DNA of 63,923 nt, counting the filler, from Octopus bimaculoides (lineage: Eukaryota): NCBI RefSeq assembly GCF_001194135.2. It is 7 parts of 6 records of this genome, joined end to end, with 100 filler letters (N's around TTAATTAATTAA, not from the genome) between each part and the next. Parts side by side here need not be neighbours in the genome. Positions count along the whole stretch, not along the records: positions 1 to 16,539 come from NC_069002.1; 6 more parts are not named here. One strand, given 5' to 3'. The position numbers were made by a program, and so were the translations under genes. The notes under the pieces were generated by a model. It saw only the letters and a program-made list of their open reading frames with translations, did no database searches and had not been told where the DNA came from. Position 1 is the stretch's first letter. Every line of letters starts with the position of its first letter. This document shows, piece after piece, positions 1 to 13,330 of the stretch.

Positions 1-45
<45 letters not shown>

Positions 46-263
46 GCTACATGGCCATCTGATGAATACCGTAAGCGGTTATAGAACTTTTAGCCACGGA
101 ACGATGGAAGCGAGTACTATGAACCAACATATGCAGTTGTCCCATCTTGGTGTTGATTTCTATTTTCATTTCTCTCTCATTTCACCGAGCATGTGATCTT
201 CAAAACCACATTACTAACGATAACTGCGTATGTGTGCATGTGTGTGTGTCTGTGTATGTGTAT

Positions 264-381
264 TTATGTATGAAATATAATATATATATATAATATATAT
301 ATATAATATATATATACATACATATATGCATGAATGTGTTCTGTGTGTGTATTTATGCATAAAATACAATATATATGTATG

Positions 382-430
<49 letters not shown>

Positions 431-482
431 TGTGTGCATGTATGTGTGTGCGTCTGTGTGTGTGTGTATGTATGTATATGTG

Positions 483-522
<40 letters not shown>

Positions 523-530
523 ATATGTGC
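264..530. repeat. Compound (AT)n/(GT)n microsatellite field
   Basis: Direct reading; explains the YI/CV/HT ORFs. Confidence 0.95.
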
Positions 531-1153
531 ATGTCCAATTGTCACTTTATGCAAATACATACTTCGCTAGTCTCATTATTGTCTCAAATAACCGTCATTC
601 CAGAATGACGAGAAAACCAAACAAGATGCCAAGGAATCGTCATTCATATTCACATCTCAAGAAAACCTTTATCTCCGTGTCACAGGTTTATATTTTTTCC
701 TGCTTCTCCTCCCTCTTCCTCGCCCCTCTCCCCTGCCCCTCTTTCTTTCTCTTTATTCCAAAACCGTTTGGAGAATTCACGATAGAATTTGTAGCTTTGA
801 GTTTCGCTACTTGTCACTTCAAATGCTTCCTCACGTCTTTTTTATTTCTTCTGATCTCTAAAACTCTTGATAATGGCCTTCTGCATCCACCGCCTTCTCC
901 TTATTTTATCTTCGTTAAAACAACCGCAGAAACAACTTGTTCGACACACGAATGCATGTAATCCAAAGCAAAAAGTAGAAAACTAAAAAAAAAAAAAAAA
1001 TGGAAGAAGAAGCATAACACAAACATAGCAGGTTTTTCTTTTTTCTTTTTAATATGAAGAATCTCTTAACGTTGTTGGAAGTAGCGAACTAATTGCTCTT
1101 GTATATATTCTTCTTCTTGTTATTACTCTTATTGTATTTCCTCCGTATCCATG

Positions 1154-1302
1154 TTCTGAGTTCAAATTCCGCCGAGATCGGCTTTGCCTTTCGTCCTTTC
1201 GGGGTCGATAAATTAAGTACCAGTGATGCATTGGGGTCGATATAATCAACTTGCCCCCTCCCCCAAAATTTCAGCCCTCGTAGAAAGAATTAGTATTGTT
1301 AT
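1154..1302 (+). mobile_element. SINE family A copy, 5'-truncated
   Basis: Contains TTCTGAGTTCAAATTCCGCCGAG...GGGGTCGATAAATTAAGTACCAGT, shared with about 10 other copies in the window. Confidence 0.85.
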
Positions 1303-1519
1303 TGCTGGTGCTATCACAGTAATTGTTGTTGTTGTTATTTCGACCTATGTCGGCCCCTAACAAGCACTCCTATATTCAAAAAAGTTCCCCTCGTCATCAT
1401 CATATATTTTTGTTTATCTGCGACTAACATTTTCCAACAAGTTTTTCATACTTTCAAGGCAGCTGTGTTCGATTTTGAAGATTTGTCAGTCATTTCTCAT
1501 AGATCAAATGACTGCGTCC

Positions 1520-1660
1520 TACTAATCTTTGCCAGCTGAGTGGACTGGAGCAATGTGAAATAAAGTGTCTTGCTCAAGGACACAAAGCGTCGCTGGGAAT
1601 TGAGCTCCACGATCGTAAGATCGTGGGCCGAAAGCCTTAACCACTAAGCCACGCACCTTT
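1520..1660 (-). mobile_element. tRNA-headed SINE family B copy
   Basis: Reverse complement has an A-box-like TGGCTTAGTGGTTAAG and the body TGTCCTTGAGCAAGACACTTTATTTCACATTGCTCCAGTCCACTCAGCTGGCA, shared with copies at 7222, 9670, 20540 and 24615. Confidence 0.85.
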
Positions 1661-2114
1661 TCGCAGAAATATATACAAGATTGCTTTCTCGCATGGAAGC
1701 CAGTTCGCATAAGAATGAACTGACTTTGTTGCACGATATTTCGTTGTTACTTGCCTTTCCGCATGGAATGAAACAGTTAATTAATTAGTTTATTTTTTTA
1801 AAATCTTTATTTTAAAATTCGAGATAACAAGCAAACCACGTGATTAAACTATTTTAAATGCATTTAATTTAATGTATCAGCATACATGAATTTCGTGCAA
1901 GCATTCAAGAATTTATTTACACAGCTGTTGTATTTTAAATAAGAAAGTAAAGGATTACACCACACACACATACACACAAACACACACACATACACACACA
2001 CACACTCACTATACACTAACACACACACACACACGCATATATATGCATATATTTATACATGTACATATACATACATCCATATATATAAACACATACATAC
2101 ATATATATATATAC

Positions 2115-2174
<60 letters not shown>

Positions 2175-2534
2175 CCATATATGTAAACACAGTAATGCTC
2201 TTTTGAAGGCAATGATGTTTATTAATTATATATGGTTACAAAACTAGATTAATATTTTCATTTGATTCTGTATTAAATGCACGGACACCTATACGTATAG
2301 ATATATACACACACGCAACATGCACTCAGATATGTATGTATGCACACACACACACACACACACATATGCATGTATTGCATGTGCAGGTATACACGTACCC
2401 CTCCCCACCACCATCACCCCCCCACACACACACCCTGATGAATAATATGTTAATGAATGTGAGAAAATGGTACTTTAAGGAAATTCCGAAAACAAATTAA
2501 TGCAATCGATCTAAATAATTTGCATTATAATATA

Positions 2535-2830
2535 CAGCAGCAGCAGCAGTTACAGCAGCTACAGCAGCTATAGCAGCAGCATTAAGAACGACAATAAACG
2601 CAACAACAGCAGCAGCAGTAGCAGTAGCAACAATGACTATAACAACAGAAGCGGCGTCATCGACACAGCAACAACATCAACATCAACATCAACAATGACA
2701 ACAACGACAACAACAAAAACAATAACAGCAACAACAAAAGCAACAGCAGCAACGGAACTGACAGTATTAACGGTAGAAACTACAACAACACCGCGAGTAG
2801 CAGCAAGCTGATTAGCAATGACAAAAGAAA
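2535..2830. repeat. Degenerate CAG/CAA trinucleotide tract
   Basis: Direct reading. Confidence 0.85.
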
Positions 2831-3099
2831 AACAAACAAACAAAAAAAAACGAGAGAATAATGGTTCTTGTAGAAGGACGGTTTTAACGTGGAACTTATA
2901 TTCCGAATGGAATGCTGTAAATTATTCCAACAAAAGCACCTGAGGTCTCCAAAGGCATTTTCTCAAATTTTGTTGGAAGAGACAATTTGTAAATTTGTAC
3001 TGAATGTGTTTTGCTACACCAACTAGAATTGCAGGACCGAAACTCTATTGGGGCCACGTCAGCTATTTCAACAAAAAAACATAAAACAAAAAGTCCCTG

Positions 3100-3421
3100 T
3101 ATAAGGTTTGTTTGAGGATATTGAACGAAACACTCATGTTTCCAGAGGTGTTTTATTCAAAGCCCAAAGAATACCTGAACACATGACTATGATGCTTCCC
3201 CCACTACTCCTGCTCCAGATCAGAGATGCATATATCGTCAGCCACCAAGGGACATGCTCAATTGGTTAAGGACAAATAACTGACAAGCAAATCTGTGGTA
3301 TTGAGCAGAATATTTGCTGAAGCCCATCTTTTATACCAAGCCAAAACAATGTACATGATTACACTTCCAATCAGTTAAGATTAAAAGCCATGAGAACCAG
3401 CGCCTGGTACTGCTGCATCAG

Positions 3422-3498
<77 letters not shown>

Positions 3499-3510
3499 TA
3501 TTATTATTCT
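3100..3510 (+). mobile_element. Probable interspersed repeat of unknown class ending in a long (ATT)n tract
   Basis: Complex sequence runs directly into (ATT)n at 3422-3510, like the SINE tails elsewhere. Only one copy is in the window, so the class is not determined. Confidence 0.45.
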
Positions 3511-4217
3511 AATGTTTTTTATGTTGTTCTAATTATCATTTTGATCGTAAATTTTTTTTGTTTTACATTCATATTTGGTTTTTGAACCTATTGTTGGTGC
3601 TGATGCTGTTTTTGTTTTTATCATTTTAGCTGATGATGCTTCTCTAAAATTGGTCGTCGATTCAATTGCTTATTGAGGTTGTTGTTATTGTTGCTATACC
3701 AATTCCTCAAGGTGTTGTAGAGATTATTTCTCTCATGTTCTAAACCTTGATTTCGTTCATATTATTCCTTTTGTTGTTCCACCTGTTGCTGTTTTTTCTT
3801 TAATATTTGATGTCTTATTCTTGTTTCGCAATGTTTTTTTTTATATATATCGTTGTATTTGTTTTTGTTGCTGAATATTTCATCTATGGCTCAACTTGAA
3901 CTAACTTAAAATTAGACGATCAAAGAAAAGCTTTATTTATACCATAATGCACTGACGGCCATCACGGCTGCCAGCGTCTGAGAAGCTCTAATCATGGCGA
4001 CTCAGATCCCTATCATTAATATACTGCATTCATTTAACCGCAATTTTTTTTCAAATCCCCGTCAAAAACTTTCTTCTAACTTTACGATATTTTGGATATT
4101 TCCACATCAAAGATTCAGAATTTGTAAAAATTATATTCTTAATTTTCTGTATTTTTTGTTTATTAATCAGAACACATTACAATCGTTGACAGATTTATGG
4201 CTACTTTCTACTTTTAG

Positions 4218-4354
4218 GCATGGCTGTGCGGTTAAGAAACTCGCTCTGTCACCATGTTGTTACGCGTTTAGTTCCATTGTGCGCCATCTTGGTGATAATA
4301 TCTTCTACTCTAGTGTTCGGTCGACCATTCAAGTGAATTTTGTGGACACTGTGG

Positions 4355-4362
<8 letters not shown>
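4218..4362 (+). mobile_element. SINE family C head, diverged
   Basis: GCATGGCTGTGCGGTTAAGAAACTCGC...CTTCTACTCTAG...GGTCGACC matches the family C head (cf. 53800-53975 on the minus strand). Confidence 0.7.
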
Positions 4363-4414
<52 letters not shown>

Positions 4415-4619
4415 GTATATATAAGAGTCAAGAATCACGACACATCGATGTCTGCGATTCATTTTCTTCCATCTTCGCAGAAACATCTGAATTTGTCTTG
4501 TTTATACATGTATCATATATATAGTACATGTATAAACAAGACAAATTTACTTCCATTTAAAGTTCCCTCACACCTGCTCTCCTTATCTCAACACTGAAAC
4601 ATTTGACGATGCTCACGCA

Positions 4620-4975
4620 TTCAAAACTCATAACTCATCACTGACACTCGCACTCGCACTCACACTCAGTACCAACTCTCTCACTCACTCGCTGAATTAT
4701 TCGCACGATCACTCACTCAATCACTCACTCGATCATTCATTCACTCACGCACTCACTGACTCTGACACTCACCACTCATTCACTCACTCACTCACTCACT
4801 CACTCACTTACTCGCTCACTCATTCACTCGCTCAGTCACTCAGTCATTCACTCATTCACTCACTCACTCAATCACTCTCAAACTCCCTCCCTCCATTACT
4901 GCCTCCATTCCTTCATCTCCCTTTCTACCCCTCGCTTCCCTCCTCCTCCTCCTCCTCCTCCTCATTCACTCCCTC
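4620..4975. repeat. Degenerate (CACT)n tetranucleotide array followed by a C/T-rich tract
   Basis: Direct reading. Confidence 0.9.
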
Positions 4976-5500
4976 ATTGAATGCATTCTTTGAATATCCC
5001 CTCACGTAATGCAAGTTTCGAACGTCCAATTTGCTCAGAGCAGACAAAGACATACATCTAAACCGTACGAAATTCAGAAAGTGGCTACCTTTCAGTTATA
5101 TTATTATATTACATTTTATCACGTCATATTTCATCATCACAATCGTATCAATTATAGACATCGTTGATATGGATGACTATAATATCAAACATAAATATCC
5201 TTGATATCAAGAAATATAGCACAGCACACTATTTCTTAAAAAAAAAGTATAGATTAAGATCAGCATGGCTCTCTGCGGAAAAATAAATATGCTATAGCAG
5301 AGATGAATGATTCTTGTAAAGCTGTTTAATTAACTTAAAACCCTGAGAGGAACATACAAGGTTCCTTCATTAGACTTGTCCTTCTTAATATCTGCGTCTT
5401 TTTTTTTTTGTCACATTTCCACATTGCTAATTTATTGTGCATTTTTAGAATATGGTTTTGATTTTCTTTTTATTCCTGTGCGCTATATGGACACACAGAC

Positions 5501-5571
<71 letters not shown>

Positions 5572-6078
5572 NNNNNNNNNNNNNNNNNNNNNNNNNNNNN
5601 NNNNNNNNNNNNNNNNNNNNNNNNNNNNNNNNNNNNNNNNNNNNNNNNNNNNNNNNNNNNNNNNNNNNNNNNNNNNNNNNNNNNNNNNNNNNNNNNNNNN
5701 NNNNNNNNNNNNNNNNNNNNNNNNNNNNNNNNNNNNNNNNNNNNNNNNNNNNNNNNNNNNNNNNNNNNNNNNNNNNNNNNNNNNNNNNNNNNNNNNNNNN
5801 NNNNNNNNNNNNNNNNNNNNNNNNNNNNNNNNNNNNNNNNNNNNNNNNNNNNNNNNNNNNNNNNNNNNNNNNNNNNNNNNNNNNNNNNNNNNNNNNNNNN
5901 NNNNNNNNNNNNNNNNNNNNNNNNNNNNNNNNNNNNNNNNNNNNNNNNNNNNNNNNNNNNNNNNNNNNNNNNNNNNNNNNNNNNNNNNNNNNNNNNNNNN
6001 NNNNNNNNNNNNNNNNNNNNNNNNNNNNNNNNNNNNNNNNNNNNNNNNNNNNNNNNNNNNNNNNNNNNNNNNNNNNNN

Positions 6079-6118
<40 letters not shown>

Positions 6119-7192
6119 CATACATACATACATACATACATACATACACACGCATACATACATACAAATACACACACACAGAGACACAAACACACAGAGT
6201 CAAACACGCACAGATCTATGTTTTCACACACATTGAGGCGGTGTAGGGAAAGTGCAACTGGCTCATATATTCTGGCGCAATTTCTTTCAATTTTTATCAC
6301 ATTCCCTCAAGTATTGCTGCTAACAGCAAATATGGAAGCAGATAAATACGACCGAAAATATACTGTTGTGTAGCCATGGGAAAGTGTGCAAAAATAATAA
6401 CCTAAGTAATGCTAATAAAGATATAGCAATTTGTATTGGATATCACATGTATGCTCCCACACACATGCGTATATCGACATTATTATACGTCTATAAATCT
6501 ATAGGAATATATATATATATATATTTNNNNNNNNNNNNNNNNNNNNNNNNNNNNNNNNNNNNNNNNNNNNNNNNNNNNNNNNNNNNNNNNNNNNNNNNNN
6601 NNNNNNNNNNNNNNNNNNNNNNNNNNNNNNNNNNNNNNNNNNNNNNNNNNNNNNNNNNNNNNNNNNNNNNNNNNNNNNNNNNNNNNNNNNNNNNNNNNNN
6701 NNNNNNNNNNNNNNNNNNNNNNNNNNNNNNNNNNNNNNNNNNNNNNNNNNNNNNNNNNNNNNNNNNNNNNNNNNNNNNNNNNNNNNNNNNNNNNNNNNNN
6801 NNNNNNNNNNNNNNNNNNNNNNNNNNNNNNNNNNNNNNNNNNNNNNNNNNNNNNNNNNNNNNNNNNNNNNNNNNNNNNNNNNNNNNNNNNNNNNNNNNNN
6901 NNNNNNNNNNNNNNNNNNNNNNNNNNNNNNNNNNNNNNNNNNNNNNNNNNNNNNNNNNNNNNNNNNNNNNNNNNNNNNNNNNNNNNNNNNNNNNNNNNNN
7001 NNNNNNNNNNNNNNNNNNNNNNNNNNNNNNNNNNNNNNNNNNNNNNNNNNNNNNNNNNNNNNNNNNNNNNNNNNNNNNNNNNNNNNNNNNNNNNNNNNNN
7101 NNNNNNNNNNNNNNNNNNNNNNNNNNNNNNNNNNNNNNNNNNNNNNNNNNNNNNNNNNNNNNNNNNNNNNNNNNNNNNNNNNNNNNNNNNNN

Positions 7193-7222
<30 letters not shown>

Positions 7223-7226
<4 letters not shown>

Positions 7227-7327
7227 GTCTTGCTCAAGAACACAACACACAGCTTGGTCAGGGAATCGAACTCACTACCTCATGATTGTGAGCCCAACGC
7301 TCTAACTACTGTACCATGCGTCTTCAC
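7223..7327 (-). mobile_element. SINE family B head
   Basis: AAGTGTCTTGCTCAAGAACACAAC...GGAATCGAACTC (B-box on the reverse complement). Confidence 0.8.
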
Positions 7328-7490
7328 GTCACACAGACAGACAGACAGACACACAAAGGGACATACATATAAGTATACACACACACACACACATATATGT
7401 ATATATATATGTATGTATGTATTTATGTATTCAACTATATCAGTGCTAAATTTAGGTTAGTTAAAATATGTTCGTGACTTATTTCTTCTC

Positions 7491-7566
<76 letters not shown>

Positions 7567-8418
7567 AGGGATACATATACATATAAAACCCACTTGTCGT
7601 CTATCCAGTTTTTTTTTGTCTTTTAACTCAGTGTTATTTGGCTGCTGTTTCTAGAACGTCACATAATTACACGAAAAATTCTCAGATTGTTCCGCTTGTT
7701 TTGCGTTGGCGTTCATGTGTGACTTAGCCAGCAGATCATCCTCAAAAAGTTCTCCCACACCACAGTTCTATTTCCTGCCACGACCACCCCTCTGTTATTT
7801 TAAAACACAGTGTATCTACAACGACTACATTATCCAACACGAAAAACATTGCTCAAAGCTGTAGGACGTGCTGTGTGGAAAAAATATGGCTTCTTTCGCT
7901 GCTATTTCTTATCTTTCGATATATATTTTGTACGGCGATTTGGTAGACATATTTTAGAATTTGGCAAACATACACACTTCACTGAACAATACATTTGGAG
8001 TCATTCCTGTTGTTATTGTTGCTGTTGCTGTTGTTGTAGTTGCGGTTGTTATGAATCCGTGAAAGAATCCCAGAGATATTTATGTCTTTGGAATGGGAAA
8101 GTTATTCAGAGCAATATATTAGGAATGCTAAAGAATCAGTTTAGAAATACAGGAGTTAAGAATCAAAATGGAAAGGAAGAGTTACAAAGAAGGATAAATA
8201 TACGTTATTTTAAAATGGCGGTATGGTGATATTCTGCTTCTATTCATTCTTGTGTAAAAACCTAACCAACGGAAAGGACCATTCCACCAAATAGATTCTC
8301 ATACGTGAGTGTACATACAACATACATACATACATACATACATACATACATACATACATACATAAATACATACATATACATACATATTTATAAATATACA
8401 AATGTATATCTATATCTG

Positions 8419-8473
<55 letters not shown>

Positions 8474-8535
8474 TTATCTATCTATCTATACGCACACATA
8501 CACATACACACAATATATATATATATATATGTATA

Positions 8536-8581
<46 letters not shown>

Positions 8582-8672
8582 CGTGTGTGCGTGTGTTTGA
8601 ATGTTATGTATACAATTATAGATAGGTTGATATATAGATATATAGACATATACACAAGTGGACACAGGCTGA

Positions 8673-8707
<35 letters not shown>

Positions 8708-8795
8708 TAGACAAACGGACAGATAGGTAAGTAGATGGGGTGAGAGAGAAACCTAAAGGAAGATTACCTGATAGATAACTGACTGATGAAGCATA

Positions 8796-8915
8796 GTAGT
8801 AGTAGTAGTAGTAGTAGTAATGATGATGATGATGATGATGCTGATGATGATGAGGCTGATAACAACAGAAACAAGTACAAGAGCAAGAACAACAACAGCA
8901 ACAACAACAACAATA

Positions 8916-8988
<73 letters not shown>

Positions 8989-9010
8989 TAATAAAAAATT
9001 AATAATAATA
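8796..9010. repeat. Compound trinucleotide tract (AGT)(GAT)(AAC)(AAT)n
   Basis: Direct reading. Confidence 0.95.
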
Positions 9011-9366
9011 ATATTCAATACACGACCTAATCGATACACGACACAGTAGATAAATGATAATGCGTATAGCAACAAAGTAATAAAGAAGCTTTAGCAATTC
9101 TTTTGAATTATCATGTTTGCTATTGAAAGACGTGTAATCATTTTTCGTCTTTTATTGTCTTTATGCAATATATATTTCCCATTTATAAGTCATTTTACTT
9201 GTTCTTCAACTCTATATAAAAAAAATATCTTTCACGAAACCGCCATTGTTAATTTGATGCAGCCATATTATTTTTTGTAATGCTTTTCTTTGTTTTTGTT
9301 CTGTCAGGTAAGGTGATGTACGTGAAGTGGATAAAGATATATATATATCTACACTTACACACGTAC

Positions 9367-9401
<35 letters not shown>

Positions 9402-9421
9402 TGCATACGTAGAAATAAAAA

Positions 9422-9460
<39 letters not shown>

Positions 9461-9533
9461 GCATACATCCATACACTCACACACACATTCTTATAGATTT
9501 TCAAGACATGTATACAAAACACGCATATATTTG

Positions 9534-9593
<60 letters not shown>

Positions 9594-9669
9594 CTTGTCT
9601 ATGTATATACTTCTACACACACAATTATATATATAACTATACGTTTATCTACTTATTCATCTATAAGTC

Positions 9670-9800
9670 TGTGGAGGCGGGTGGCTTAGTGGTTAGGGGT
9701 TTGGACACATGAACCTACGATTGCAGTTTCAATTCCTGGGCCGGGCGATGTGTTTTGTTTTTGAGCAATACATTTCAGTTCACGTTCAGTTGGCAAACAA
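9670..9800 (+). mobile_element. SINE family B copy
   Basis: GTGGCTTAGTGGTTAGG (A box) ... GTTTCAATTCC (B box) ... TTGAGCAATACATTTC. Confidence 0.8.
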
Positions 9801-9809
9801 TTTTTACTA

Positions 9810-10022
9810 CAAGATGTTGAATGTTATCTTATCTTTCAAAAGAGAATGAAGGCTGCTGTCGTGTCCAGTGGGGAATCTTCGGCTTCCTTCGACGTTACAA
9901 ACGGCATTAAACGGTACAAAGCAAGGTTGTATTATGGCTCCTGTTTTGTTTGTACTCTTCTTTTCAGTGATGCTGAGGTATGCTTTTGGCGACATACAAA
10001 GTGGTATCAAATTCCGGTTTCG
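9810..10022 (+). mobile_element. RTE-clade LINE reverse transcriptase fragment
   Basis: Peptide NGTKQGCIMAPVLFVLFFSVMLRYAFGDIQSGIKFRFR matches the GVKQGCVLAPxLF RT motif with RTE/BovB-like following sequence. Confidence 0.8.
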
Positions 10023-10060
10023 AGCATGCTGGAGCGCCGCCTATGTGTTGTGTTGTACGT

Positions 10061-10149
<89 letters not shown>

Positions 10150-10776
10150 AGTGTGTCTGCTTTGTGTGTGTGTGTGATGCATGTGCCTTCCGTCTCAGTG
10201 TGCATTATGTTGTGTATATTTGTGTGTTGGTTGACGTGCTTATTTGTGTGTGTGTGCGCGCGCACGCGTGTATGTTGTGTGTGTGTGTGTGTGTGTGTGT
10301 ATGTTGTGTGTGTGTATGTATGTTGTTTATGTGTGTATGTTGTGTGTAAGGATAGTGGTTGTGTGTGTGTATGTTGTGTGTATGTCTGTTGTATGTGTAG
10401 TGTAGTGTGCGTGTGCATTTTGTGTGTATGTTGTGTGTGTGTGTATTGTATGTTGCGTGTAGTGTGTGTGTGTGTGTGTTGTGTGGGTTTGGGTGTGTTT
10501 GTTACACACAACTGACATTTCAGATGGAAACAAAACAAACAACAAACAAGCAATAAGTAAACAAACAAAAAACAAACAAACAAATAAATAACATCGCGAA
10601 CGCCAAGAACTTCTGGTTAATGATGCTAAACCGTTTCTATTAGTGTTGTAATTAAAGATCTCACTTTAATTAATGATATATGGTCAATTAGTCAGTCATT
10701 TGTGATTTGTCAGCTATTAATCAACAACAACAGCAATAACAGGAAAGGACAACAACAACAACAAGAGGGACGACGA

Positions 10777-10807
<31 letters not shown>

Positions 10808-11099
10808 AACAGCGATGGTGACAACGTGGCAGCTTGGGAGGCTCCACGCAGTGTCTTGGTCTGCTAGAAAGAACAGTGAAAACCCTCTTGAAATCATATT
10901 ATCAAATCATCATCATCTGCATCATCATTTTCATCAGCATCAATATCAGGAACATTATCATCATGAACATCATCGTCACCATCGTCGCCATTATCATCAA
11001 TATCATCATCATCATCCTCGTTATCATCTTCCTCCTTCTCTTCATCGTTAGCAACAACAATAATAATGATAGTAACATCACCACCACCACCACCACCAC

Positions 11100-11660
11100 C
11101 ACCAAAGCCTTGTGAGTGGATTTGGTAGACGGNNNNNNNNNNNNNNNNNNNNNNNNNNNNNNNNNNNNNNNNNNNNNNNNNNNNNNNNNNNNNNNNNNNN
11201 NNNNNNNNNNNNNNNNNNNNNNNNNNNNNNNNNNNNNNNNNNNNNNNNNNNNNNNNNNNNNNNNNNNNNNNNNNNNNNNNNNNNNNNNNNNNNNNNNNNN
11301 NNNNNNNNNNNNNNNNNNNNNNNNNNNNNNNNNNNNNNNNNNNNNNNNNNNNNNNNNNNNNNNNNNNNNNNNNNNNNNNNNNNNNNNNNNNNNNNNNNNN
11401 NNNNNNNNNNNNNNNNNNNNNNNNNNNNNNNNNNNNNNNNNNNNNNNNNNNNNNNNNNNNNNNNNNNNNNNNNNNNNNNNNNNNNNNNNNNNNNNNNNNN
11501 NNNNNNNNNNNNNNNNNNNGGGGTCGATTTGTTTGTCTTAAAGGCGGTGCTCCGGCATGGCCGCAATCAAATGACTGAAACAAATAAAAGAATATATATA
11601 TATATATATATACATGGTGCACCAGCATGACCGCAGCCACTTGGCTGAAACACATAAATA
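11100..11660 (+). mobile_element. SINE family C body and tail spanning a gap
   Basis: ACCAAAGCCTTGTGAGTGGATTTGGTAGACGG before the gap; GGGGTCGATTTG...GCGGTGCTCCGGCATGGCCGCAATCAAATGACTGAAACAA after it. Confidence 0.8.
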
Positions 11661-11670
11661 AATAAATAAA

Positions 11671-11711
<41 letters not shown>

Positions 11712-11712
<1 letters not shown>

Positions 11713-11885
11713 CGTCGGGCTTCTTTCAGATTCCCAGTTTCCGTCTATCAAGTCGACTCAAAGGACTTTGGTTGGCCTAAGGCTGGAGTAGAAGGCTCTT
11801 ATCCGAGGTGCTAGGCAGTGGGACTGAACCGAGAACCGTGTGGTTGGGAAGCAAAATTCTTACTCTACAGCTAACCACGCGCCTA
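11712..11885 (-). mobile_element. SINE family C 5' half
   Basis: Reverse complement of head...GGTTCAGTCCCACTG...GAAAGAAGCCCGACGTA. Confidence 0.8.
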
Positions 11886-12626
11886 TATTATATAATAAAT
11901 CTTTCTGCTTGCAACGTAGCATTGTGCTATTTGAAGGAAATTTGAGGCATATTTGGTTGCTTTGTCTAGTGCGTTAGAGCTCCCTCGTAGACTCTTATAT
12001 TTACTGCATTTATTCGTTAGTAGTGTCTGCTAAACAAAAACAACCAACAACAGCAACTACTACGACGAAACAACAACAACAACATCCGCAGCAGTTGCAG
12101 CCGCAACAGATTCTTGAATCATCAGAAAGTATATTTGAAAAGCTAGCGATAACACGTAAAAGTGATAACAAACATTGAGACATAATTGAATAAATCATTC
12201 CATTTTAATATATTTTCACTGTAAGCAAAAAAACAAAAAACAAAAAAAAACCTAACGTCATCTTAAAGATAATGATTCGTTAAAAACTAAAACTAAACTA
12301 AAATAAAAATAATATAAGAAAAGAAATAAAACAAACTACAATAAGAGAAGCTACACGTTGCAATAAACAAACCTAAATATTATTTAAAAACAGCGATATC
12401 AGCTGAAATCTAGAAGATTGAAGCAGATGCGTTAACAGCATGAAGAATATTACATTAGGGAAATAGTTAAACATGGAAACCTGATGGAATTTAAACCAAA
12501 TAAGAACAAGAACATGATTTTGAATAAACAAGAAAGAAAAAGAAGAAAAAGCAGAAAGAAAAAAATACATTTTCTTCAAACTTTTCCGCTATTTTGTCGC
12601 CATTAACTTTTAAAGACTTTGTTACC

Positions 12627-12650
12627 ATGGCAGACGTTAAACTGTTCGAT
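12627..12650 (+). CDS. Candidate initial coding exon (MADVKLFD) of an unidentified host gene
   Basis: ACCATGG Kozak context, 8 open codons, then GAT|GTATGT donor; set in non-repetitive sequence. No homology recognised. Confidence 0.3.
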
Positions 12651-12965
12651 GTATGTGTGTCTTTGTTTTGGGAAGAAGAATGCAATGGCATTTAAACATG
12701 CGCTTACGTTACGCTATTCTCTTCAATCATTGTAATCATCAACACCATCAGATATTAAATATGCCTTGTGTTTTTTGTTCCGGCTCATTGCTTTCCTGGG
12801 TTCAAACTCCACGAGATCGATATCCCGTTTTCTTTTTTTTTTTTTTTCAATTCTTCCGGGTTCGAGAAAATAAATTACACGTCATATAGCGGGGTGGATT
12901 TAATGAAGTTGTACTTTTTCCCCCTTCCGCTTCTGTTGGCCTTGGATTCATGGGGATTGTAAAAA

Positions 12966-13230
12966 GGGGGTGGGTTAGCAGAATCATTAGAGCGTCGGAC
13001 AAAATGCTTTGCGGTATTTGTTGTATCTCTTTGCGTTGTATGTCTTACTCATGCTGAGGAATTCGTCTTTTATTCTCCCGAGATCGATAATATATAGGTA
13101 CCTGTCAGGGTGAGGAATCGATTAATCCCCTTCATGCCAACGAATTTTTCACCATATTAATCATCATCATCATCATCATCATCATCTTCTTCTTCTTCTT
13201 CTTCTTCTTCTTCTTCTTCTTCTTCTTCTT

Positions 13231-13262
<32 letters not shown>

Positions 13263-13330
13263 CACAAAGGCGGTGAGCTGGCAGAATCGTTAGCGCGCCG
13301 GGCAAAATTCTTTGAATTTGAACTCGGGAC
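12966..13330 (+). mobile_element. Two SINE family A pieces separated by a (CAT)(CTT)n tract
   Basis: Degraded copy at 12966-13115 and head AAGGCGGTGAGCTGGCAGAATCGTTAGC at 13267-13330. Confidence 0.7.

Noticed and set aside
2870-3060. Minus-strand peptide with an LRR-like flavour (SSNKI*ENAFGDL)
   Set aside because: In-frame stop and no supporting splice sites; probably chance.
5376-7250. Long ORFs of 200-330 aa here and at 34342, 37011, 40763, 42412, 44116, 46357 and 48370
   Set aside because: They are made of X from N gaps plus dinucleotide translations (HT, YI, CV).
8764-9075. Poly-Leu/Asn/Ile ORFs, and similar poly-His/Val ORFs at 10815-11115 and 35159-35550
   Set aside because: Trinucleotide microsatellites with no splice or codon evidence.
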